Shown one piece after another: positions 41,450 to 49,859 of a DNA stretch of 64,000 nt. The notes below the pieces were generated by a model that was not told where the DNA came from, made no database searches, and was given only the letters and a program-made list of their open reading frames with translations. Each line of letters starts with the position of its first letter. Position 1 is the stretch's first letter. The stretch comes from an uncultured delta proteobacterium (GTDB taxonomy: Bacteria > Desulfobacterota > RBG-13-43-22): assembly GCA_963790475.1 (NCBI GenBank), contig CAWBOS010000006.1:288001-352000 (forward strand), read 5' to 3'. Both the position numbers and the translations under genes were made by a program.

Positions 41450-42241
41450 TTACAGGCGCCCTTGTCGGTAAGCTTTGATATAATCCATACAAAAGCCGTC
41501 CCCGCCCATGACCATGATCGCGGTCTTGAGCACACGGTAAAGATCGCGGTCGGTGGGGTCCAGAATAGCGGAGTCCATTCCGGAGGCCATGGCGGCGGTT
41601 AAAAAAGTCCGGTTGATTAGTTTCCGATTCGGAAGTCCGTAAGAAATGTTGGTCAAACCGCAAATGGTATGGACGCCCGGATAGTCTTTCATGATCCTGG
41701 AGATAGCTTGAAGAACATTCACTCCGGATTTGATGTCATTGGCCAGGGGAAAAATAAGGGGGTCCAGGTAAAGGTCCCCCAGGGGGACACCGGCAGCGGT
41801 TACCGTTTCAACCAGCCGCCCGGCCAGCTCCACCTTGGCTTGAGCGGACTGGGCCAGTTGTCCCTGACCCTGGCAGAGTCCGATTACCTTGGCCTTATAT
41901 TGGACTACCAGAGGCAGTATGGATTCCAGACTATGGGGTTCCAGGGTAATGGAGTTGATCATGGGGGGCGAATTCACCAGCGGGAGAACCGAGGCGATGA
42001 CCTGGGCATCGGGGCTGTCCAGACAAAGGGGAAGGGAGGTCGCGCCCTGGACGGTCTCGATGACCCACTTCAGCCGTTCGGCTTCCTCTTGAGGGAAGAC
42101 ACCGGTATTGACATCGATATAGTCCGAGCCGGCTTCCTCCTGTATCCTGGCTTCCCGCTGAATGAACCCTCTGTCGCCGGAGGTTACAGCCCGGGCGATA
42201 GACTTCCGGGAGGAGTTGATTCTTTCTCCAATGATCAGCAT
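41450..42241 (-). CDS. Methyltetrahydrofolate:corrinoid methyltransferase (AcsE-like pterin-binding)
   Basis: IIGERIN, YIDVN, LDS, INS, DPL, GLTNISYGLPNR. Confidence 0.88.
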   Translation of the reverse strand: MLIIGERINSSRKSIARAVTSGDRGFIQREARIQEEAGSDYIDVNTGVFPQEEAERLKWVIETVQGATSLPLCLDSPDAQVIASVLPLVNSPPMINSITLEPHSLESILPLVVQYKAKVIGLCQGQGQLAQSAQAKVELAGRLVETVTAAGVPLGDLYLDPLIFPLANDIKSGVNVLQAISRIMKDYPGVHTICGLTNISYGLPNRKLINRTFLTAAMASGMDSAILDPTDRDLYRVLKTAIMVMGGDGFCMDYIKAYRQGRL

Positions 42242-42437
42242 CGATGACCCTTTCCAAGGAGCAGATTCATCTGAGGGCTTATCTCTGACATTTTTTCTTA
42301 CGAGCTATATTGAGATGCTTAAAATCCAGAAGTCAGAATCCGGAAGCCAGAATAAGCCCCAAATCTTTTGGATGATTCATCCTCATTCTGAATTATGACT
42401 CCTGGCTCCTGGATTCCAGAATTCAAAATTTATTTGA

Positions 42438-43577
42438 TTAATATTCCTTTCCGAAATTAGCCGCATTCCATTTCCGGCCCTCTTCCAGCATAGCCAGGTA
42501 ATTGGGGAAATGGATGTAACTGGCCACGGAGTTCCCCGTGCCCAATACGTAACCCCCTCCGGCCCCGCAAACGTCCAGAATCTGCCGCGCCCGGTTTCTG
42601 ACTTCCCCTTCGCTCCCTGAGGCCAGCAGGTTCACGTCCACTCCGCCGATCAGACTGATCCTCTTCCCCCAACGGCGATAGACCTCCTCCACCGGCATGA
42701 TCTTGTCCTCGAAGCTGTGTTTTCCATCCAGGCCGGTGTCGCAGAGATCATCCATAATGGCTTTCAGGTTGCCGCAGGAATGAAGCAAGGCCAATTTCCC
42801 CCGGCTATGAGCCAGATCCACCATCCTTTTGAGATGGGGGAAAAATTTTTCCCGCAAAACACCGGGATCTATCATGGTGCCGCTGAAAAACCCCATATCA
42901 TCGCCGATAAAAAATCCGCCGCTCTCCGGCAAATCGATAAATTCTTCGGCCCCTTTATAAATAATCTCCGAAATCTTGTTCAGTAAAGTGTCTACCAGGT
43001 AGGGCTGGTCATACAAAGCAAAGGAAAAGGGAGTCATGCCCATTAACCAGGTGATCCATTCAAATAATCCGCCGGGCAGATTCAGGATTTTCATTCCCTC
43101 GGGGAGAATGAAGGCAATCTCTTTGGCCCATAGATTGATTTCTCCGGGACTCTCCGGCCATTGATATTTCTCAAAAGTCTCCCAACTGGTTATAGGACCG
43201 GAATCGCTGACCATGAAAGACCTCCGGCCGCCTTTGATCTGCACCGATTCTTTAGCGGGGGACTCTCTTCGTACTCCCGAAAAACCTAAAAGCCCGTGGA
43301 CGGTTACAAAATCCCAGCCCATGGACAGATAAAAATCGACCGATCGCTCCAGATATAAGGAGATTTTGTTTTTTGCCGTGTAGGATGGGTCCCGGAATCC
43401 GGAATTTTCATGGAGATACCCTTCGGTTCCCGTATTGAAAAAGGCCCGGAGGGTTCCGGGGTCGGCAAACAGGTCCCCTACGGGTACCGGTCCCGGTTTG
43501 CGCTCTAAAACAGTCCGGCGAAATCGCTCAAAATCCGGTTTCCATCCTTCCGGCACAATATGGTATCTGGTCGGCAT
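42438..43577 (-). CDS. URO-D/MtaA-family corrinoid methyltransferase
   Basis: GDDMG, HSCGN, GGVD, GGYVLGTGNS. Confidence 0.82.
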   Translation of the reverse strand: MPTRYHIVPEGWKPDFERFRRTVLERKPGPVPVGDLFADPGTLRAFFNTGTEGYLHENSGFRDPSYTAKNKISLYLERSVDFYLSMGWDFVTVHGLLGFSGVRRESPAKESVQIKGGRRSFMVSDSGPITSWETFEKYQWPESPGEINLWAKEIAFILPEGMKILNLPGGLFEWITWLMGMTPFSFALYDQPYLVDTLLNKISEIIYKGAEEFIDLPESGGFFIGDDMGFFSGTMIDPGVLREKFFPHLKRMVDLAHSRGKLALLHSCGNLKAIMDDLCDTGLDGKHSFEDKIMPVEEVYRRWGKRISLIGGVDVNLLASGSEGEVRNRARQILDVCGAGGGYVLGTGNSVASYIHFPNYLAMLEEGRKWNAANFGKEY

Positions 43578-43590
43578 ACAAGGATCCTAG

Positions 43591-44682
43591 CTACGATTTA
43601 TTCCGGCTCATGTCCTCATTGGCCAAAGTCTTTAAAAAATCCCGGGCAGATTCCAGGGTCGTGGGACCGATGACGTATAAGATGAATCCTTTTCCGCCCA
43701 ATTCCTTAACGATGGTCCGGGCCCCTTCAGCCGTGACGAAGACCTGACAGAACTTGCCCCCGTCCCGGATGCGCCGGAGCAGGTCCGGCCACTCTTCGGC
43801 CGGGGGCTGTCCACCGCCGGAAATCCATTGAATGCCTTTCAGACTATCCAGGGAAAGGAGCATTTCCAGGTGAGGTATCTGGCCTTTACCGTCAAGGTGA
43901 TAAAAGGCGTGATCCATGGTGCTGAAAATGGCATCCAGGTCCGGCAGCACGAAGCGTTCGAACATTTTGGGAGAAATCATATAACAGAAGTCGGACTGAT
44001 GCATGCAAGTTCGGCCCGGCGACCAGACGCAGGCCCAGTTGGAGGTGCCCCGGCCGGCAGGTTTAATGATGTCGTACAACCGGTTATAATACTCTATCCA
44101 GGCTTTGGTGATCCCGGCCGACAACCGTTCCACTTCTTCGGGGGCGTCATACAAGTCATATAACAGGTTCTGGGAGGAACGGAAGGCGGCCAGGATATCG
44201 AGGTTGCCGCCGATATCGGTGTGGGCCATGGAAATCTTGTTCCCCCAGCGCTCCACCGCCTGGCGGGTGATGCCTTCCACCCGTTTCCACCATTGGTTGT
44301 CCGGATCGAACTTAAGGTGTAATTCATTCAGGAGAACCGGTTTTTCCAAACCAAACCAGACAGTCCCCTGTTCCGGCATGCCGGTGACTTCGGCGCCCAG
44401 AAAACCGGCGGCAATACCGGGCCCATGGTTGACGAATATCTTGGGCCAGGCGTCACCGAAATAATAGGTTTTATCCAGTTGGCCCTGATAAAAATTTAAT
44501 ACCTCGTCGATTGGTTTTTCCAGCATGAATTCACGGCTGAGAACCAGAGAAGGTTTGGCATAGAGCATATTCCAGGTTTCCATAACAACCATGGGCCGGT
44601 CCAGTTCTCCGGCCAAGAAGGCCGACCAATCCCGTTCGATTCTCTCCCAGTCTTCTTCAGTGAAATTTATCCGGTCAATCAT
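43591..44682 (-). CDS. URO-D-family corrinoid methyltransferase-like protein
   Basis: QSDFCYMISP.MF, YHLDG, IQW. Confidence 0.75.
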   Translation of the reverse strand: MIDRINFTEEDWERIERDWSAFLAGELDRPMVVMETWNMLYAKPSLVLSREFMLEKPIDEVLNFYQGQLDKTYYFGDAWPKIFVNHGPGIAAGFLGAEVTGMPEQGTVWFGLEKPVLLNELHLKFDPDNQWWKRVEGITRQAVERWGNKISMAHTDIGGNLDILAAFRSSQNLLYDLYDAPEEVERLSAGITKAWIEYYNRLYDIIKPAGRGTSNWACVWSPGRTCMHQSDFCYMISPKMFERFVLPDLDAIFSTMDHAFYHLDGKGQIPHLEMLLSLDSLKGIQWISGGGQPPAEEWPDLLRRIRDGGKFCQVFVTAEGARTIVKELGGKGFILYVIGPTTLESARDFLKTLANEDMSRNKS

Positions 44683-44698
44683 CAGATCGTTTTCCTTT

Positions 44699-45886
44699 CT
44701 AACTGTAGGACCCCACCGTGTCTACGAGCCGGCGTATCAATTTGAAGTTCTCGGGTAAGGCCCCGCGGGGCGCCACATCGGCACTCCCCAGCATCACACC
44801 CCGGAAAGGCTTGAGCCGTTCCAGCAGGCCGGAAATCTCGGCTTCCACGAAGGCCGGATCCGGACTGATAAAGGTCGTCGGGTCCACACCGCCGATGACC
44901 ACTTTTCCGGGAAGACCCGCCGCGGCTTCATCCAAAGGGAAATCCCCGGTGGGAGGCGGCGGTGCATCAATGATGCCGTGAAAGCGGCCGGCCGCCAGGT
45001 CTTCTTTAAATGCCCTTAATCGGCCGCACATGTGGATCAGATATATTTTCCCGGCCGACCGGAGAATCCCGGCGTATTCATTTAAAAAGGGAAGGACGTA
45101 TTTCCGGAACATCTTCGGCGAGAGCAAGGTACTGGAGGTGTTTTCATATTCAATAACCACCTGGGCCGGACTCTCGACGATAACCTCCAATTGTCTTTTG
45201 AGGGAAAGATGCAGTTGTTGAAGGATGTCCTCCACTTCCCGGGGATAATCGTTAAGGAGATAGTAGGTATTTTCAAGGCCCCAGACCATTTCAATCAGGA
45301 ACATCAGGGGTGTATTGTTGAAGGAAGTCGTGGCGATCCCGTCGTCACCGATATCTTTATCTACCAGATTGAAATTTTCGTACAAAGGTTCGGGCCGGTT
45401 ACGGTCCATATGATCAACCGCCCAGTGAAAGATTTTCATTTCCTCCAGGTTGTTTACCACGTGTTTTATGGCATGAGGAATAGAGCCCACCTTATCGGAA
45501 AAGGCCCATTGGCCGGTCAGGGTTCCTATGGGGGTGACCAGGGTCTCCTCCAACACGCTGTCCTTAAAATCGATTTTTGTCTCCACCTCCGGACCAAAAC
45601 CACCGAGCAGCTGCATATGGACTGCTCCTCGATGAAATCCCATCACCGGAACGTGGCGGATCATCAGGTCACACCCCAGGGCCCTGGAGGCGGTTGCCAT
45701 CCTGGCCGGGTAAGGATCGCGGGTGGTCAGACCTCCTATGATTGCCGGAGGCATGTCCATCAGGGTGAAGTGATCGACCAGTGGTACAAAGGGAATTTTA
45801 TCCACCGGATCTAAGGCCAGGGCGGCCATTATCCGCTCCCGGCCGGTCATTTCCAGATTATTGGCCATCGATTTTTCACCCGACAA
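44699..45886 (-). CDS. URO-D/MtaA-family corrinoid methyltransferase
   Basis: MTGRERIMAAL..DKIP, SP.MF.KY, HMCG, PPPTGD, GGVD. Confidence 0.8.
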   Translation of the reverse strand: MSGEKSMANNLEMTGRERIMAALALDPVDKIPFVPLVDHFTLMDMPPAIIGGLTTRDPYPARMATASRALGCDLMIRHVPVMGFHRGAVHMQLLGGFGPEVETKIDFKDSVLEETLVTPIGTLTGQWAFSDKVGSIPHAIKHVVNNLEEMKIFHWAVDHMDRNRPEPLYENFNLVDKDIGDDGIATTSFNNTPLMFLIEMVWGLENTYYLLNDYPREVEDILQQLHLSLKRQLEVIVESPAQVVIEYENTSSTLLSPKMFRKYVLPFLNEYAGILRSAGKIYLIHMCGRLRAFKEDLAAGRFHGIIDAPPPPTGDFPLDEAAAGLPGKVVIGGVDPTTFISPDPAFVEAEISGLLERLKPFRGVMLGSADVAPRGALPENFKLIRRLVDTVGSYS

Positions 45887-45963
45887 CTCTAAAAATTTAT
45901 CTCTAACTCTCGATACTAAGGTTCAAAATTTCGTAACATTTTATTTTTTTGAAAAACTTTTTT

Positions 45964-46120
45964 TGCCACAAACCCGCACGGACACACACGGACCTTTTCC
46001 CTTGCGGACCTTCGCAGGTGAAAACCTGCTTGGCCGAAAAGGCCGGCAGGGGTACTGATTGATAGGTCATCAATCAGTACATTTCTTTCCGTCCGTCTTT
46101 GTCTGCCTTGTCTGTTCCAA
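45964..46120. repeat. Miniature element related to 18313-18592
   Basis: Starts TGCCACAAACCCGCACGGACA; internal hairpin GTACTGATTGAT..ATCAATCAGTAC. Confidence 0.55.
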
Positions 46121-46197
46121 AAAATATTCAGGACGTGCCTTTTTAAAACCCTAAACTGATACAAAATTTCAAATATATTCGGCTAGTCCTTATTGGC

Positions 46198-46638
46198 TCA
46201 GTGCACATCCATTTTCAAAGGGGCAACGACATATTTGCCGGCCCGCTCGGCCAGATCCATATAGGGTTTATAAGGTCTGAACAGCTTGGGATCAGCCAGA
46301 TCCGGGATCCGGTAATCGACCAGTTTTCCTAAGTCGGCCAGGGGGTAATCGAAAGCATGGTCCCAACTCCGGCCGGTCACTTTCTGACCCACACCCCATT
46401 CGTCATAATAGACCGCTCCTTTTTCCCGGGGAGGCCGAGCTTCAGGTCCGGGCAACAGAAAGCGGACGATAATCGCTTCGAAGAAGTCACTGCCGAAAGG
46501 TGCGAGAAGACTATAAGGGAGGCGTGGAGGTCCGTCAAACTCGATAGCCCGCTTCACGATTTCGCGGCTGGTCAGGCCGGGAGGCACGGGTTGCGGTTCC
46601 AGGTATTTCTCCAGGAATTTTGGGATAAAAATTTTCAT
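46198..46638 (-). pseudogene. 3'-truncated URO-D-family methyltransferase
   Basis: TSREIVKRAIEF.GP.R.P, DEWG, YPL; stops at 146 aa before the HxCG motif. Confidence 0.7.
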
Positions 46639-46644
46639 GCCCGC

Positions 46645-47280
46645 CTATGATCTGCTCAATAATTCTTTGGCCTTTCTACCGGCACCGGCGGCGTCGTCGG
46701 CATAGCCGTCGGCACCGATCTGCTCGGCGAAGGTCTGGGTGACCGGTGCGCCCCCGACGAAGACCTTGACACTATCTCTCAGATTATTTTCGATCAGTTT
46801 TTTTATAACGTCTGTCATTCCGGACATGGTGGTGGTCAGCAGCGCAGAGAGGCCGAGCAGATTCGGTTTTTCGCTCCGAACAACTTCAATGAACCGTTCC
46901 GAGGAAACATCCGTTCCCACATCGATGACTTCGAACCCCGCCCCCTCGAGCATCAGCCCGACCAGGTTTTTACCGATGTCGTGCAGGTCTCCGGCCACCG
47001 TCCCGATGACGACCTTGCCGACCGGTTTTACCCCCGAATCGATCAGATGAGGGCTGAGAATGGCAACGCCGGTCTTCATAGCCCGGTCGGCTATCAGCAT
47101 TTCAGGGACAAAGAATTCTCCCGATTCAAAGCGCTTGCCGACTTCATCCATGGCCTTGATCAGTCCCTCATTTAAAATCACCTCCGGCTTGGTATCTTCC
47201 TCAAGGGCCCTTTTTACTCCGGCTTCCACGGCGTTCCTGTCGCCACTGATCACGGCTTCATAGATCGAATTTATGTTCAT
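46645..47280 (-). CDS. Corrinoid (B12-binding) protein
   Basis: GDLHDIGKN (DxHxxG), SALLTTT, GGAP. Confidence 0.95.
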   Translation of the reverse strand: MNINSIYEAVISGDRNAVEAGVKRALEEDTKPEVILNEGLIKAMDEVGKRFESGEFFVPEMLIADRAMKTGVAILSPHLIDSGVKPVGKVVIGTVAGDLHDIGKNLVGLMLEGAGFEVIDVGTDVSSERFIEVVRSEKPNLLGLSALLTTTMSGMTDVIKKLIENNLRDSVKVFVGGAPVTQTFAEQIGADGYADDAAGAGRKAKELLSRS

Positions 47281-47410
47281 CTTTCCTCCTTCTCGTCAGA
47301 ATTCTTCTCTGATTTTTTTTCACTCACATAATATCCGGTCGATTCGGCAGATTCTGTAAAGAAAAAAAACTCTCTTTCATGTCTTCAAAAAATCTCTCGG
47401 AGACGGCGGT

Positions 47411-49234
47411 TCAATAGGTTAAGCCGTGCCCGAAAGGGAAAAGAGGATTTTCCGAATCGTAAGGAAGGTCCTCCTTTTGTTTCCTGACCGCTTCCATGGA
47501 AGAAGGCAATTCAAAGGGCAGCTTCCCTGATGGATTGAACCGTCCGAAAATCACATCAAGGACGGCTGAATCGGAAGCCCCGAATTCGCCCAGCAGTCCG
47601 GCGCTTTTTTCAGCGATCTCCGGCATCACCGCCGGTCGATCCAGGTGGATGACCACAATGGTCGTAACCCGTTCCAGAATATCCAGGATGCGTCTCTTTT
47701 CTTCTCCTTTGAAATCCAGATCTCCGGCATGAAACCTCCTTTCCAGAAATCCTTCCCGCGATTCAAAGGGGGCATCAAGACGGAGAATGGCCAGATCGGC
47801 CTCCTCCAAACGATCAACCACCCGACCATATTCACCGGCCGTCTCTGCTTTTATATTTTCAACAAAGATTTTGGGATTATTTTTTGGGGGAAGAATCGGT
47901 CCTCGGGCGCTCAGGGCGTTTTTCAATAAGACGATTGATTTTCGCTGGGCCAACTCGCCTGCTCTTCGGAAGTCTCTGCTCCCAACGGTCTTTTCCGCCG
48001 AATCCGGATCGACATAGGGGCTATCAAACAATCCTAACCTGAATTTATCCCTGAGCAGGCGCCGGATGGACTCATTGATCCGCTCCTCAGTAATCCGACC
48101 TGATTGGACCAATTGGACGATCACCTCGGGGCTGGCTTCGCCGCCGAATTGATCCACACCGGCAGCGATCGCTTTTTCGACCCGTTGTTCAAGAGTCAGA
48201 TTCTCCACCCCCCAGCACTTGGCCTCCACCCGGACTTGTCCATCGATAATGACCGGGGAGAGGAGCCGCCAGTCGGTGCAAACCACCCCCCCGAAACCCA
48301 GCTTTTGCCGGAGTAAGCCCGTGATGATATCCTTATTAAATCCGAAACCGACCTCTTCCACAGGCAGACCGACCGGCATGCCATAGTAGGGCATGATCTG
48401 GGCCGTGCCCGCCTCCAGGGCGGCTTTAAAGGGGAGAAGATGGTAGTCAAAATTATTCCCGGGATAGACCTGTTCCCGCCCGTAACTGAAGTGAGGGTCT
48501 TCGCCGTCCTTTTGAGGACCGCCTCCGGGGAAGTGCTTGGTCATGCAGGCCACGCTGTTCGGCCCTAGTTCATCTCCCTGAAAGCCTTTGATATAAGCGG
48601 AGACCATCTGGGAAGCAAGTTCGGCATCCTCGCCGAAGGTCCCCATGATTCTTGACCATCGCGGTTCCGTGGCCAGGTCGGCCATGGGATGCAGAGCAAC
48701 CCGGATGCCCACTGCCAGGTATTCCTGCCGGGCGACATCACCGAAGGTCTTTACCAGGGCCGGATCCCGGGTCGCGGCCAGACCGATCGGTTCCGGCCAT
48801 AAGGAAAAACTTCCGGCCGTAATACTGGCGGCCAGGTTCTGGCTGAAGCCATGCCGCGGATCGGAAGAAATAGTGACCGGAATGCCCAGGCGGGAGCTTT
48901 CGGCCAGTTTCTGCAGCCGGTTATACCATTGGGCGAATGACCTTGGCTCGACCTCCGCATACACGTTGAAATGATTAATATGCCGGTTAATAACCAGATT
49001 GGAGCTGGAATTGCGCGATAAAGGTCCGTCAGACTCCTTAAGGAAATCGTTATCGTTCACATCGATCCAGGTGTGGAACATCATCCCGGCCTTTTCTTCC
49101 AGGGTCATCCGCGTCAGCAAATCCTCGATCCGTTCTCGGATCGGCCGGCGGTGGTCCTCATAAGGATCCAGACTTCCGTTATTATTCAAATCACGAAAAA
49201 CAAAATCATCCCCGGCTTTCTTCCGAACGCTCAT
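47411..49234 (-). CDS. Glycoside hydrolase family 3 (beta-glucosidase-like)
   Basis: SRLGIP..SSDPRH, KHFPG, MPYY, VCTDW nucleophile, GKLPF. Confidence 0.92.
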   Translation of the reverse strand: MSVRKKAGDDFVFRDLNNNGSLDPYEDHRRPIRERIEDLLTRMTLEEKAGMMFHTWIDVNDNDFLKESDGPLSRNSSSNLVINRHINHFNVYAEVEPRSFAQWYNRLQKLAESSRLGIPVTISSDPRHGFSQNLAASITAGSFSLWPEPIGLAATRDPALVKTFGDVARQEYLAVGIRVALHPMADLATEPRWSRIMGTFGEDAELASQMVSAYIKGFQGDELGPNSVACMTKHFPGGGPQKDGEDPHFSYGREQVYPGNNFDYHLLPFKAALEAGTAQIMPYYGMPVGLPVEEVGFGFNKDIITGLLRQKLGFGGVVCTDWRLLSPVIIDGQVRVEAKCWGVENLTLEQRVEKAIAAGVDQFGGEASPEVIVQLVQSGRITEERINESIRRLLRDKFRLGLFDSPYVDPDSAEKTVGSRDFRRAGELAQRKSIVLLKNALSARGPILPPKNNPKIFVENIKAETAGEYGRVVDRLEEADLAILRLDAPFESREGFLERRFHAGDLDFKGEEKRRILDILERVTTIVVIHLDRPAVMPEIAEKSAGLLGEFGASDSAVLDVIFGRFNPSGKLPFELPSSMEAVRKQKEDLPYDSENPLFPFGHGLTY

Positions 49235-49330
49235 GCGGTTCCTCTCTTATTGATGAGTGCATAATTACCTACGCCTGCCAGGGAGCTTTTTTCTTGCGCC
49301 TTAGGCTAAGGGTTTGGATTTTCTCTGCGC

Positions 49331-49719
49331 TTATTGAAGCAAGCGTTTTATAAGGTCCGGATCGTCCTCAAACATCCGTAGAAAATTCCCCTGAATCAAG
49401 TCTGTCATTTGTTCAACAGTGGTATTTTTCACTGCGGCCAATTCAGAAATCACATCGATGATGTTCCTGGGTAACCCCAGGGCATCGGGCAGACTGAGTT
49501 TAACCAGTGGATTGTCGGTTTCGGTCAGCAGCCGCTCCAAGGGTATTTCTCGAGCGATGTTTTTTATATGATCTGAAAATAGAATTTCAACACCGATGGT
49601 AAAATAGGCCCCCAGAGAAACCAATGGAAGTAGAAAATCCGATATTGTTTTGTCTCGGCCAGGGCCAGGGCTTCGTTTTCGCTAAACAGATCGAAATGGG
49701 TATGGGCGTCGATCAGCAT
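49331..49719 (-). pseudogene. TatD-family hydrolase remnant with internal deletion
   Basis: MLIDAHTHFD start at 49719 joined out of frame to IPLERLLTETDNP; ~390 nt versus ~750 nt expected. Confidence 0.75.
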
Positions 49720-49859
49720 CACCATCTCTTGCTTCGTTGATTTATATTAAAATAATCGGACTATGAAATTAGGAGATTTGACCTTGCATGTCAAGGAATA
49801 AGGTCTCGAGCATCCGGGACCTGACCTTTTTGGTCGGTAGTTTGAATAGCGAAACGCTT

